Source: Raillietiella orientalis (taxonomy: Eukaryota). From it: a DNA stretch of 64,000 nt. The stretch spans positions 1,240,001 to 1,304,000 of the forward strand of contig JAYWIR010000020.1 of assembly GCA_036172245.1 (NCBI GenBank), given 5' to 3'. The notes below the pieces were generated by a model. That model ran no database searches. It was not told the DNA's origin and saw only the letters and a program-made list of their open reading frames with translations. A program made the position numbers and the translations under genes. The number at the start of each line of letters is the position of its first letter. The stretch's first letter is position 1. Shown piece by piece: positions 40,050-53,000 of the stretch.

Positions 40050-40800
40050 CAAGCATTGCACTCTAAGCCAAAGAGCCAAAGGGAGCGCTCCAGATCTCAC
40101 TCAGGCAATCCAAAGAGCACCATCCTCGCTGGCACCGCGAATGACCATGCCGCAACTTCTTTCCTAGACCCCAGCAGTTTTTTCCATTGCCATCTTCCCC
40201 TCTTAACCAGAGAGAGACTTTCGCAAACCGGACTGATGGAATGCAACCAAAGCGTTGTTTCTCCTGAAAGAGGAAAGGGGATGACTTTTGCAGTCACGGT
40301 CATTCCAATCCTGCTCCCGAGTCATGAGTCCCTGGAAAGCGAGCCCCATAAGACGGGGACTCTGCCGGCTGGATCCACATGTTAAGAAACTATCCGGAAA
40401 TGAAGCTAATCGGACATGCAATGCCATCCACATCTTTGTGGAATCACAATGGAATTTGCAGGTTAACATGAAGTTTCAAGTGCACACGAATCTTCAGCCG
40501 GGCCACTGCGCCCAAACAGCAGACCGCGGCGTTGACCGGAAAACACAAAGGAAGCAATCTTCTTCGTGGACCACAACCAGGAAATACCAAATCCGTTATA
40601 AACGAACCAGCGCATGGATGAATAGGCGTGATCCGTCACGGCAGCTGGCCGCACAGAGATTCAGATCCATGCACTCTAAGCCAAAGCGCCCCGAGGAGCG
40701 CTCCAGATTTTCCTCAGGTCTCCCCCACAGAGCGCCATTCCCACCGTCTCCGCCAGAGGACATCCTTTCTCACCACGAGCTAAGAAAGGATCCCCATCCC
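40050..40800 (-). mobile_element. Two diverged L1/Tx1 ORF1-like fragments (imperfect direct repeat ~40057-40125 / ~40670-40740)
   Basis: TGCACTCTAAGCCAAAG..GAGCGCTCCAGAT occurs twice. Minus translations MVLFGLPE*DLERSLWLFGLEC and PEENLERSSGRFGLEC, plus FVFSGQRRG..GRSGPAEDSC (decayed zinc knuckle). Confidence 0.35.
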
Positions 40801-41029
40801 AAATGATTCCATCCCGCTTTCCGGAAACCCGGCCCGCATAGCTCGCGAGGCAACCAGATCTCAGATCGCCAGAGTGGCGCGGACTGCGAGAACGATCCCT
40901 TCGCTCGATTTCGCCCATCGCGCCACGGAAGCATCGGAACACGGCACGCATGGCACGGATGGGGGCACCGGGTGCCTGCGAGTCTTCTTCGGCACGGTGA
41001 ACTTTGTTTCCCTCGAAACCCCGCACGCG

Positions 41030-41340
41030 TTCACCACCCGGTGGTGCCAACGGAACAGTGCCTGTGATCGCCTGCTTCTATGCTGACAGAACCCCTCACT
41101 GTACGGACGTCGCGGAACGCAGGTGCAAGGGAGGCTTTGCTCCTCGCACCGACCGCGGCTGTCCTCGCAGCAGCTCCTCCACGGGCCAAACATTCCCAAC
41201 ACTCTCGAAGATGCCTAGAAATCAGCTTGCGCGTTCCGCTGGTGCCTGAAATCTCACCGCTCCTCTTGCAGATCGCATGCCTTCCTGGGGGCGAGCATTC
41301 TAGCCTGAGCAAGGGAAGTGTGTTGTGACCGCGCAAGGAA
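41030..41340 (-). mobile_element. Possible RTE-like AP-endonuclease relic
   Basis: FRDVRTVRGSVSIEAGDHR resembles DVR..RG....SDH; CpG-rich island. Confidence 0.25.
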
Positions 41341-44300
41341 CGCTTCCCGCAAGAAGACCAGTTGTGTCCAAATATTCGTGCCGCGCTCCCACATCACGGG
41401 AACGCTCGCGTTCGTCTTGCGAGAGCATCTGCTCTCCCGCTTCGAGGCGGGAAGGTGTTCACGGGCTCCAGCCGAGGCTACTGTCTGGTGACTTCCTCTC
41501 AAGGCTGTGGCCAGCATCGTTGGTGGTGAGATGCCAACCTTGCCTTCTTGGGCAAAAATTCAAAAGTTCCCACGAATTGCACTCCAATCTTAGTTTGGAG
41601 TGCAATAGAGCAACTGTTAAAGTCGTTAAAATGTCAAGCGCTTCCTTCGCTTGCGCACCCTGAGATTGCCGCTATTCATCTGACACCTTTGTTTCATGCC
41701 GTGCAACATTTCTTTTTCCAGTCATCTGTCTCAAGAGAACAAACAGTTGACAGAATCACCAACTGTAGACCGGTAGACTCGGCAACTGCCTGGCAAGATT
41801 TGGGAAGGCTTTGGACTGGCTATGAATCCTACTTCCGGTGGTTTCAAGGACGTGTGTGGTATAGCATTCTGCACACTGGTGTGTGATTGGAGCCGAAATT
41901 CTGAATTGCCGTGTTGCCTTGAATCTCAGATGCTCGTCGCTTTAGGGGGCCATTCTCGACAGATTCTGCGGATGAGAGTAAGCATCTAAGAGTATCTTTT
42001 ATCGAGTTATGAAAATAGCTCCACTCGCAGCCTGGTTTCCCCAAACTGAACTTATCGCGTGCAGCATCCCGCTTGAATCCCACGGATGGGTTGTTTTCAC
42101 ATGTGCTCAGAGTGTGCCCGAGGATCCACTCGTGCAAAAAGACGAAGAGGCTTGTGGCGAGCAGGCAATGAGTTCATGGCGTTCAAATTTGACTGATGTA
42201 GTGTGGATGTAGGTGGATGGTGCAAGTGGATATAGTGTGGATGTTTTGCAGCTACAAAAAGTGCATGCTGAAAACATCGGAACTGTTTATCCTACGGCTG
42301 AGAAGCGTCTTTCACCCACAGCACACTCCCGATTGAATGGTTAGTTGCCTGTGAAATGTGTAATGAGACGTTCCATTTCTGTCCCAGTCTACTGCGGCAC
42401 TCTTGTTCAGTTCCGATTACCAAATTCTGAGATTGCAAACTGAATTTGAGATTGACAACGCGTAGTTTCAGTGTGACCCATTGCATATTTATCTGTGATC
42501 GCCTATGGTCACCATGAAGTGGGCTTTGGCTAGTGACATGCGCTGAAAATGCATCTTTGCGTTTTTGCAGATAGGGATCAGGGTTTAAAAAAGAACTTGA
42601 GGATGGATATTTGGATAGTATCCCGGAAAAGCTTGAGCCTTTGAAATTAGAACTTTTAGAAATTTCACCATAAAGGCAAGCTTGAGGATTTACGATGCTG
42701 ATAATTTATCTGGATTCTAAACCTTCAAATCAGTGCTTCGTCAGTTTCCCTACCAAGTGGATTGAAGCTGGATCAGTGTGCATAACAGATATAATAGTAT
42801 TAAGGGATTCTCCAACTGTTGCGGGATGCTGTAAAGGCAGGCTTGCTTCCCAGTTTCGAAGAACGTTCTCATTAATATTACTATTTTTAAGCAACGAACG
42901 TCGAGATTAATCAAGGTCTCAATTAGTCGAATGATCTCACGTAAGCTGCAATTATCTGCGGCATTAAAACAATGATTTCCAGCTGCAGGGCACACTGAAG
43001 TTACGTGCAGTCATTACATACTCAGAAGTACACGATTGCAAACGAATTGAATTTTCTCCTGATATCACATACCAGGAAGCATTCTTAATCTGAAAGGAAA
43101 ACAGAAGCATAAGTGTTTTTTTTTTTTAACAGCTCATCTACTTTCAAGGGAGGAATTCATGTCCTTGATGATTGGCACAAGCGAGCTCCTGCGTTTATTT
43201 TACTTGTTTTTTTTCTCCTCCAAATCGAGAATCAGGAAACTCGCACCCTCTGATGAAAGTACTCGTAAAATTAGATACTCTGCAATTCTTTTCGCTTGTA
43301 TTTATGAGGAATTAAGCACTGTTGTGACGTCGGGAACCAACGCTTTGATACCTGGATGCGTTTTGCTTATTGGCTCGGGAGCTCCGTCATCCTAGAGTGA
43401 GCTAGAATTGTCTTTAGACTCCGAAGAATAGACCTATATGGCTCCTCCTTTTTTTCTTTTTGGCACTTCTATCCTTTGGTTTAGGGTGCTCGGTTTCCTT
43501 GGAAATTTCAATTTTCAGAGACGCCAGATCCTGTTTCCGCATAAGTTTGCACCTGCCATGTGTTGTTTTTGAACAGAAGAGAGCAATCACTTTATGGTGT
43601 GCATAGTGAAAGCTTCATCCAATGGCAAAAGGAAATATGAGAACTAGGGCTTCACTGCTCCGAATGAGCCTTCTGTACACAGAGTAGGTCCGGCTCCCTG
43701 AATTGTGCAATCCTTGATCTTCGTAGTGCTTCGCTGGACTAAGGGAGCTTAATTCAATCTGCAGTCCCATTTTCTCCTAGAATTCCACCTTTAGATATTA
43801 TTTACATCTTTCGCTTCAAAGCTCCTCCAAAGCATTCCTGACTCTTTTTTTTAATAGTCAACGTATACGTAAACTCATTTTTTTTTTCACGAGAATGCTT
43901 TTAATACCTACAACATTGGTAGTCTCCTTCCTTTCAATAGTGTGCTTTGTCATAGCACAAATTAATATTTGCATGGTTTGTTCCTCATACCCAGGCATGT
44001 CCTCTTAGTCAAAGGTGGTTTGATTTGAGCTGCGATTTCTCTGTAACGAAGTTTCAGGTGCAGTTTTTGTGGAATGATATTTCCCCAATTCTCACTGCTT
44101 CTTCCTTTGGGTTTCCCTCATTTTTAAATGGACTTGAAGCGCTATTCTTGTAGCTTAGTCAATCGGGGACCGTTTTTGCAAGACTGTTTCAGTGACTGCT
44201 TCATCTGGGAGAGAATTATGATTGCTTCCCAGAAACCACTGCGTCATACGTACATACGTATATTCAACACTGTTTAATCTGGTCACCAGTTGTACTTGCA

Positions 44301-46399
44301 GCATCACTTGACTCAGTCCTAATGGCTGTACAGTACTCACTGCACGAGCTACAAACTTGCCAGTGTTTAGTAGGTAAAAGCATTTGAAAAACATCATACC
44401 GTCTAAACGCTTGCTTCTGTTCAATTCTTTCCCACGTGCTTCTAAGGTTTATCCTCTAAGGTTGCGTTTTTCGGTAGTGAATCACGATCGTATCTTTTCA
44501 GTCTCTTTTACTTTTACTCAAAACCCATAGAAAACAATCTTAAAGGCATTGTATTTTCCTACAACGTTTTCTCTGTAAAACGTTTTTCCGGTACGGTTTT
44601 ATAAGATATTTCCTCATTGGAACACCATCAGCTCACTTTCCTTTTGCATGCTTGTATGATTTGCTCTAAGACTGGTACTTTGCTTTGGCTTAAGTAAATC
44701 CTCAAGACTGTGGACCTGAGCACACACTTGGCATGCAGCGAATTCCATATGCTGCAAGACAAAAGTTGCATGTGTGCTTGCGTCATTCAGTAGGAGGTTT
44801 ACTCTAATTGGGAGCTACTTTCAGCCCCTCTTTCATTACGACCACAGACTCCATTTGAGCGGTCTGTTTAACCATTTTGCCTAATAATCTTCAAAGCGTG
44901 ATATTGCAGCCGCCTCTTGGAAGAACTTCAAAATCAATAAGCTGACCTTTGCTCCAATCTATGGAAGCATTGAAGAAACTGACTGTTCCCCCTTTTCCAC
45001 AATGTATCAATTATTCTTTTGCTGACTTTGAAATTGATTTCGGGATTTCTAGAGCAATTAGACCCAGCAGGCATCGCGCCCAAGTCGTTCATTCTGTCGT
45101 TTCCTTAAATCATACTTCAAGCCGATTGAAATCTGTTTTTAACTCCAGTCGGCATCAAAGATCCGTGCTCTGGTTTCCAGTTCCATCTTCTTCATCGTGT
45201 TGCACGCTTAACAAAGACGTCCTTTTTCCGCCCATAACCAAGTAGGTCTTCTCGGTGTGTTAAAACACCAAAGAGCGGTGATTGCGATGATGAGCACAGT
45301 GGAAATACCGTGGAATAATTTTGTATTCCACCGAATTTGTATGTACCAAGACGTAGAAGCTTGCATCTTCTCGATGTACTTTCCCAATTCGGTTGGATTG
45401 AAATTCACTCGTTCCTCCTGCCTCGTTGAGTGATAACATCAGGAATAATTGAATGGTTCGGCAGAATGTTGAAATAATTACTATTCTAAATGACAAACAA
45501 ACGCTGATGAGATAGCGAAAATCAAAATGCTCTCTGTAAGAAGATTGCACGATGCATTTATGCTGCTTGTCATGAGGTGCCTTTATGTCCGGACGCAAAA
45601 AGCATCCTCTCTTCTCCTATACACTTACCAAAAACTGAACACAAAACTTCTTTCGTGCAACTCTTTTCATCATTAATGTTACAGTATTTATCCACTGCAC
45701 TGGCTCGTCTTCATTGATAAGCATTTCAAGACGCAGTGCTGAAGTCGCGGTAGATTGCAATTTTCCCAAAGCATTCCAAGGAAATCATTCAACATTTCGA
45801 GAAAGATCTCCATTCTGAAGAAACCGTTCCGTTTCCACAGAACTGCTATTTCTGCATTTCTCCTTGATGGAGTTGTTGATGCACTCGGAATCTCATTCAT
45901 TTTGGAACACCGTCAGGAAACAAGGATGAATAATTACTTTCCAGTTTTTTCGTGATCTCTTTGCAAACACATAGATTTGAAGGAGCATCGGGAATGCTTC
46001 AGTGTCTTCGATGCTGAAAGCGGAAAAGCAAAAATAAACTCACCGACACGTGTATTTTTAACTGCCGTTCATCCCCACCCTGCTTGACGTGCCATCACCA
46101 TATTTCCTTCATTAGCAAAGCACTGATGTCAAAAATCCTCTCACGAAACACAATCTCGGAAAGCATGACTAAAATCCTGCCTTGAATTATTTGAGCACCT
46201 TCGAAAACATGAGGAGCACTGCATCTCTGAGCTGCGGAAGGAAAAAGACCGAGTTAAAGACTTGAGAACGAAACAGCATCAAGATAAAATCCGAATCTTC
46301 GTTCATTTCGTCTTGGACGATTATCTTGAGGAGCACGAAATAGCAAAACCAAGTGCGGGTTTGGGGTCACCTTTAAAAATCGCAAGGGGGTTTCGAATT

Positions 46400-46950
46400 A
46401 GTGGCAGGTGACATGTGGACGACGTGGGGACTGAAAGGGTCGCTAGAGCAAGCCATCAGGTCATCTGCTGGAACAGTCATCTTGCACTTGTTGCTCATTC
46501 CGTGGTTTTTTGGCCTTGTAACATGCTTCCTGTCTAAAATTTTGTTCTTCTTCGGGTTCATTTACTTTCTCGTTGGTAATCGGGCTATCTCTCCAACCAG
46601 CATTTCTTGGAACAACGAGAAACAAGCAACGATTTAGTGAACTAGGCAGAATTGAATTATATCCAACAACCTCTTAATTTGAGAGTTATCCTCAGCCTGA
46701 GTATTCTTCATGGTCCCATCTATTATGGATCTTGTTACTCTCCAATCTGTGGTTTCAGGAAGCAAATCTATTTATTCTCACGACTCTTTCTTCTCTAATT
46801 CTGTTATTCAGGGCAAGGCAGTCATTTTCGTCTGCTTCCATTCCATTCACTTCCTAAGGCTGCAGGAGTTTCACTCTGCAATTCTTCCAAGTACAGGAAC
46901 TAGGAGCAAGTTTCACGTGTTCCTCTTGAACTCGCATCCATGAAAAGTAG
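46400..46950 (-). mobile_element. Possible non-LTR RT relic
   Basis: LLPETTDWRVTRSIID (LPESQ.GFR..RSTID) followed downstream by VPADDL. Confidence 0.25.
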
Positions 46951-49379
46951 AATAGTTTTCTTGGATTGACCTATCACTAGGTACAGAATCGTGGAAAGAT
47001 TCAACTACACCACAAGGGAAGTATTTCAATCTTAAAGAACTGAAGTTCAGGATAGAGTTTCATTCTGGATTTTCTTGACATTCCCACTTATAACGATTAC
47101 CTCCAGAGGCTGCACTTCTGAGTGGCTCCAAGGAGTCAAACTTTCTTACTATGATTGATCTTTCTAGAGTGGAAAAATTCTCTTTCTTGGACACGGGCAA
47201 CGAAAAATCTCGTTTTCCTAATACTGCTGGACACTTATAGCTGCCTGTTACGAATCATCAATTTCCTTCTTCTCTCTTTCTCTCTGATTATCAATCAAGA
47301 GATTTCTGATTTCATCAATTAGAATGGAATAAATGCTGTTATAAATCAGCATAGAAGACAATGGGAGCTTGTTGATTCAGAAGGCTGTTTAGAGGGAACC
47401 CTTTGTTCATCGCATTGAGAGGAACCTGTTACAGACTTGGACTTGAAACTGTAGATAGTGGAAGAAATGGGTTTAGAATTTTCTCAACATCTCAATTGTT
47501 TGAAAACTTCATCCAGCAAAGCTTGGGGGATGGAAACTCATTCCTTGTACACGATTAGAGGAAGCTCTGCCTTCCAAGTTTTGAGCATGGAATTCTGGAT
47601 TCCAAGAAAGGCAGAAGAAATTTCGAGACCAAAGTAATTGGGAGTGACAGCGAAGACCGAGCAGACTCGACACTTGATTTTTTATTCCCTCGATCCCACG
47701 GACTACATAGAAAATTAAAGAGTTCCATTCAGTGGTGCATGAGGGTTCCACAAAGGGAAACGGCTGAGAGAGAAACAAACGTTCCTTACGTCTCTGAAAG
47801 AAGAAAACCTGAACTAGAGAGTGTATAAGTGCAAGGTCACCTAGAATTAACTATTAAATTTATATACCTTTTTTTTTTGTCAAAACATGAAAACTTAAAA
47901 ACAGCAGTGAGGCTACTAAACACTTAGAAAGATTCAAGTGCATCGCGGTGAGAGAAATGCAGTCATCAGAATTCTCGTTAGAAAATGGTTATAGTACCAT
48001 GCTTTTAAATGGTCTCTGCAAAAGTCACTCTAGAATGATCTTTAGCTCTTTATTATTCCAGGGAGTTTTGCAAACCATTACTGGATTAATCAGCTCTATA
48101 CAGAGGACATACTGAAGCCATGATTGAATATCACCTCTGCAATTTGATTAGTTGAATGACGATGCTTTCAGCATTCTTCAAACAGATTGCTTCCAGTAGA
48201 TACACATGATAGATACTATTATCTGTATCTACTTGTAGCGAAGTGGTGGCGAAGTCAGTCGAATTAAGAAATTCTTTATAACTGTAGCCAGAATGGAAAA
48301 ATAGCTTTTCGATAGCTCAATTCCGTCTTTTAAGCCTCACTCATACTGTCAAGCGTTTTATAAAGTGAAACCACGCACTCCATGAGCGTATTCGATCATT
48401 CCAAGTTCCACATGTCCAGTGACATTGCTTTCCTGCAAGATATTTGCCATTCTTCCGATGCCGCACATCGCATTCTGTACAGCGAATACTTTCGCATGTG
48501 TACGCGGGCCCTGAAAATATTTCAATCATTTTGTGCTTGCAAGAGGAAAATTGCTTATCAGCTCGCAATTCTTCGGGATTCTTGCGCTTGACAAATCAGT
48601 TGAAGACTGAGAATGTTCACTCCACAGATTCGCCAAAGTAGTTCAGTGCATCCGCGAATGAATACCACCAGAATCCAGACAGACAGCCCTTACTATCATG
48701 ATCACAAAAAAGCAGGAAGTGAACCGCATCACTCGATCAAGCAGTGCACGCCATTCTTCTCCATGTCAACTCCAGCGCATTCTGCTAATTATGAATTCGT
48801 CTCCATCACTTTTTGTGATAATTAAAACAGCCCTCCATGCTATCATGATAGAATTCTTCATCAGCGTATCAACTGTCACACAGATCTTGCGATGGTGACA
48901 GGACCAAAGGAAGACGTTTGAAATCTCGTTCTTGCATGGTGCACCAGTAGCTGCTGCACCACTCTCAGATGCAGAGTTTAAGGCTACCGATGAGCATAAT
49001 AAATCCACTCGTCGCCATGCGATAGCGAGCACCTCGATCCACGCCACGACCACCTCTCTCTTCCATCGTGCGCTGGCCACTACGCACAGTGGGCCCTTGC
49101 TTCCGGCAGAGCCTTCCAGTCAGCACTTTTGCACCTCTGCCTCTCCGCGCGTCTCCGTCCGTCACCTCTTTTCGGCATCTTCACGCCGAGCACGCGTCTG
49201 GACGCACAGGAGAGAATTCGCGGCTTTCCAGATAGATGGGAACCGCTGATGGGAAAGCTGCAAAGATACGAAAGCGTGCCAAAGCGGCCACTTCTGCTTC
49301 GGCTACGGAATGCGAAACTCTGCACAGACGTTACCTCGGCTGCAGAGCAAGTTGGGGAGGATGGCGGCCGCATACGAAA

Positions 49380-50000
49380 CGTGCATCCCTCCAACCGAGC
49401 CATTTGTCGAAAGGTGGTGGAGGCGATGACGAAGAACAAAGACCGCAGTCCCTTGGGGGGGGGGGTCTGCAGCACCGCTGTTGCATCAGCATCCGACACG
49501 GAGGCCGATGCAAGATGACGAGCAGAATGCAACAAGAGGCGAGCGCAGGGCAGCTTGTTGTGCAAGAGAGCGAGTCGTTTCTTGCAGGCAGAACGCGGTG
49601 CGCACACGCAAGGACCAGGGGGGGGGGGGCACTCAGCAAGGCGTGCTCACCAAGCAGGCAAATGGGGTCTTTCGCTTTCTTGTGCGCAGCCTCCCTACGA
49701 GAAGCCACGTCCGCAAATAGCTTGACGGAACCTTCTTTACTGCTCTTCCCGTCGATCTGTGCACGCGCCCGATGGCCTCGAACGGGAGACGGCGTTTCCG
49801 CAAGCAGGCGGCAGTCGCATTCGCTCGTTGGATGCCGGACGGGGGTGCATGTGTGCCCGTGCTGCACGCATGCTGCATCAGAGGCGGCGGCACCTGCGTC
49901 CGGCTGCACGGCAAACGAGGGAGAACGTGTACCGGTGTTCCCGGCACGGAATGCGTGCCGGAGCATTCCGTGCCGTGGCTTCCGCTCCCGGTTTCACGTG
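49380..50000 (+). mobile_element. GC/CpG-rich non-LTR RT relic
   Basis: Ordered, frameshifted remnants: KVVEAMTKNKDRSP.G, GVLTKQANGVFR, TALPVDL, CVRLHGK..CVPEHSV (GVPQGSV). Confidence 0.35.
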
Positions 50001-53000
50001 GTCGCCTTTTTGGAAATCGGCACGCCGAAATGGACTGGAAACGGGCATTGGTGTGGTGCTTGTGTTTGTACGTACCCCCCCTTATCAAAGGGAGTTCACA
50101 GGCATCCTCTTCACGTTATGGGATTTGGATATCGCAACTTTGGCGCCTTAATTCATCCTGATACCTGTTTTCCGGAGTTGCATCCGTTTGACAACGCATG
50201 GAAAGTTTTCTATGGTTTTATTCCGGATGGCGCTGCACCTGAAAAAAAGATGAATGTGATGAAGAGTGGCAGGAGAACGGCGATCTGATTGCCTCCGATA
50301 CCCTCAAGCATCCTGCACAGACGGCACGCAAGAAAAGGCTTCAAAACTTGCTGAATTCAAATCTCCTCGACTCCGTGCATTACTGTGGGGTCAGAACTTG
50401 CAGATCGAAGGCTGTTGAAGTAACTTCCTCCATCTGATGACATGGAACGTCATGCATGCGATGAGACAGAGCATGGAAAAGCATTGATAGATGATATCAT
50501 TAGTCTGAAAGCAGCGTCATGACGCATGTCAGAATTTTCGAGTTCTTTGCCTTTGTTTTCTCTCTCCCACACTCTGTTTCATTTTGATTTTTGAGTGTGT
50601 GGACGAGTGCTGAGACTGATTTACCATTCCAATAGTTGTAGAATGCATTTGCAATTACACGAATGGCTGGAAAGAATAATTTAACAGATGAGAGTTTTAC
50701 TGAGTGCCGATGCTGACACAGGAAAATTGAATATTAGCTCGGCAGCAATCAGTAACAGAACACTGAGGAGCATCAACACGATGCATTCCGTCGTCGGATG
50801 TCATGCGCTGCTTACAAGCCTCACCTTCTTCACAGGCTTTCACGTTTCTTAGGTGGGTGCGTATCATCCACCAATCTCACAGCGCTGACGACATTTGTCG
50901 AGAACACGGCAATGGTGTATGGGAGCCCATGTTCTTTCACGAACCACAGTAGAGATCAAACTCCTGTCGTAAGCTCTGACTCCAAGCATGTACTCTGGCA
51001 TTCTTGTACGTATGCTTTACAGGAGCCTCCTGAGCGATTCTTGTACCATGGTCCTTTCTCACGCGCACTTGCCTTATTGTTCGGTCATCTGATGATTTAT
51101 GCATTCCTGATGGATTCCTTCTTTTGTCTTCTTGCTTGCGTTTTTTTTTTTTTCTAGATGGACACGAAACTGGTGTATTTTTTTTCCAAAAAAGTCTTCG
51201 TCTCGATACTTTGAGGTTCCTTTAGAATTTACATGCCGGGAAGTAGGGAATATATTATGATTCCTGCAAATAATGTACCAATAGCGTGTGTTGGAGTCTG
51301 CAAAGCGCACTCCGGCATAATCGCACAATTTTCACATTGGAAACTGACGAGCTCACAGAGGGGATTTATGGATGACGATTAGAGACATGATGAAACTCAA
51401 ATAATGTGATTGATCTTGTAGAAACTCAGAGTGTCGAAGCACTCGAGTTCCAACTCTGGAATCAACTCTGAGCGACTTTCGAATCTGACTGTTGCAAATT
51501 GGGAATAGAAGGAATAGAACACAGAAAAACCACGGGGTCAGCTAATTGCATTTCGAACCAAATAAATTATAATTTGTACACCTGAATACATCCTCAATAA
51601 CCATCCGTTAAAAGAAGGTGATGGGCGTGCTTTAAGATAGAGTTTCGGACAGAAGCTGAAATCTGTGGAACGGAATCAGGGAGAAGAATTGCTGTGTTGA
51701 CGATCATGAACGAGAATCTTTGGAAAGAAAGGTAGCGATCGAGGAGCATACATCATGATCGATATGATGGACGAACTAGCAGTTCGTTGGCAATCAAATG
51801 CAGATCCTTGAAATCTTAAACTCTGAAATTTCATTGGAATTTCGATGTAAGGGTCAACATTAAAGTTTCAGACCAATGCTATGTCTTTTCTCTAGCCGGT
51901 GGCGGCTGGGAATTTCTGGTGTCCCTGGTCGGTGTAAACTGATCCCATGGATCTCAAGACGGTTGGGTTACCTACACATAGCGATGTCAAGATGCACCAT
52001 TTTCGATCTTCAGCAATACACAGATTCTTTCTTTCGCGTCACTCTGTATACTTATCTTCTTTGGTAAGCTTCAGGAAGCCTTAATGATAAAAATCCTTTC
52101 ATTTCTACCTGAAAGGAATGAGACATTTGATCTTTGATACTTGAGAACCTTCTGTTTAAATAGGAACAATTTTGAAAAGCTGGTTGGTTCCTTCCAGCGC
52201 TTATGTACAATCCGAAATGACAGATCGAAAATGATGGTCCTTTGAATTTAAAGGAATCATTTCGTAGTAGATCCGATGCTCTGGTCGAATGTTTGGTCGG
52301 CTAGCCCAATGCACCCTCTGTAGATACTGTGAAAAAGCAAACCATTCAGAGATATCCACGTTGTTCTTCGACGTAGCGTATTAATTATTCAGAGAACTAC
52401 AAAATGCAAGGGAAGTCTATACCGTAGAATAAAGAGAAGAAATCATGTCCTTCTAGAATTTGCTGTTTGGAAAGAAGAAAACACGGAAACCGAAATTCGA
52501 TTTTGAATCACAGAGGGACCTTCCTGGTTTTGTCACTCATCTTGTCATTACACGGCAGAACGGTAGAAAACGTCTGAAGGCTACAATTCTTTTCTTAGCA
52601 ATTCGTCAGGGCACAGTCCCTAACAGTCATCTAATAGTATTTCCATTAAGACCTATTTGAGACCACCCTGATAATGGGAGTCTGACCAGTATGTCAAATC
52701 ACTCTGCGTAAGCGCCACTTTCGAATGTGAAAACTACAAACTGGACAGTTCGTCCTCCTTACAAGTGTCCAAGCACTAATCCGAAGCATTTCCCTAGATA
52801 GCGACCATTTTAGGGTTTTGCACACTCTGACTCAATGTGTTGCAAAGGTCTGTCCTCCAAACAGAGACGCTTCAATGGATTCAGCATACTCATATTCAAG
52901 CCATTCATATTTCAGAGGAACACAGTTCGGATAGCTTCTTCTTGCCAGGAAAGTGAGCGGTTTCTTGATAGCGGAGGATGAAAATTCCAGAACGATCAAG

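Noticed and set aside
49236..50288. 350-aa ORF as a protein-coding gene
   Set aside because: Arg/Ala/Cys-rich and expected in GC-rich DNA; RT remnants lie in other frames.
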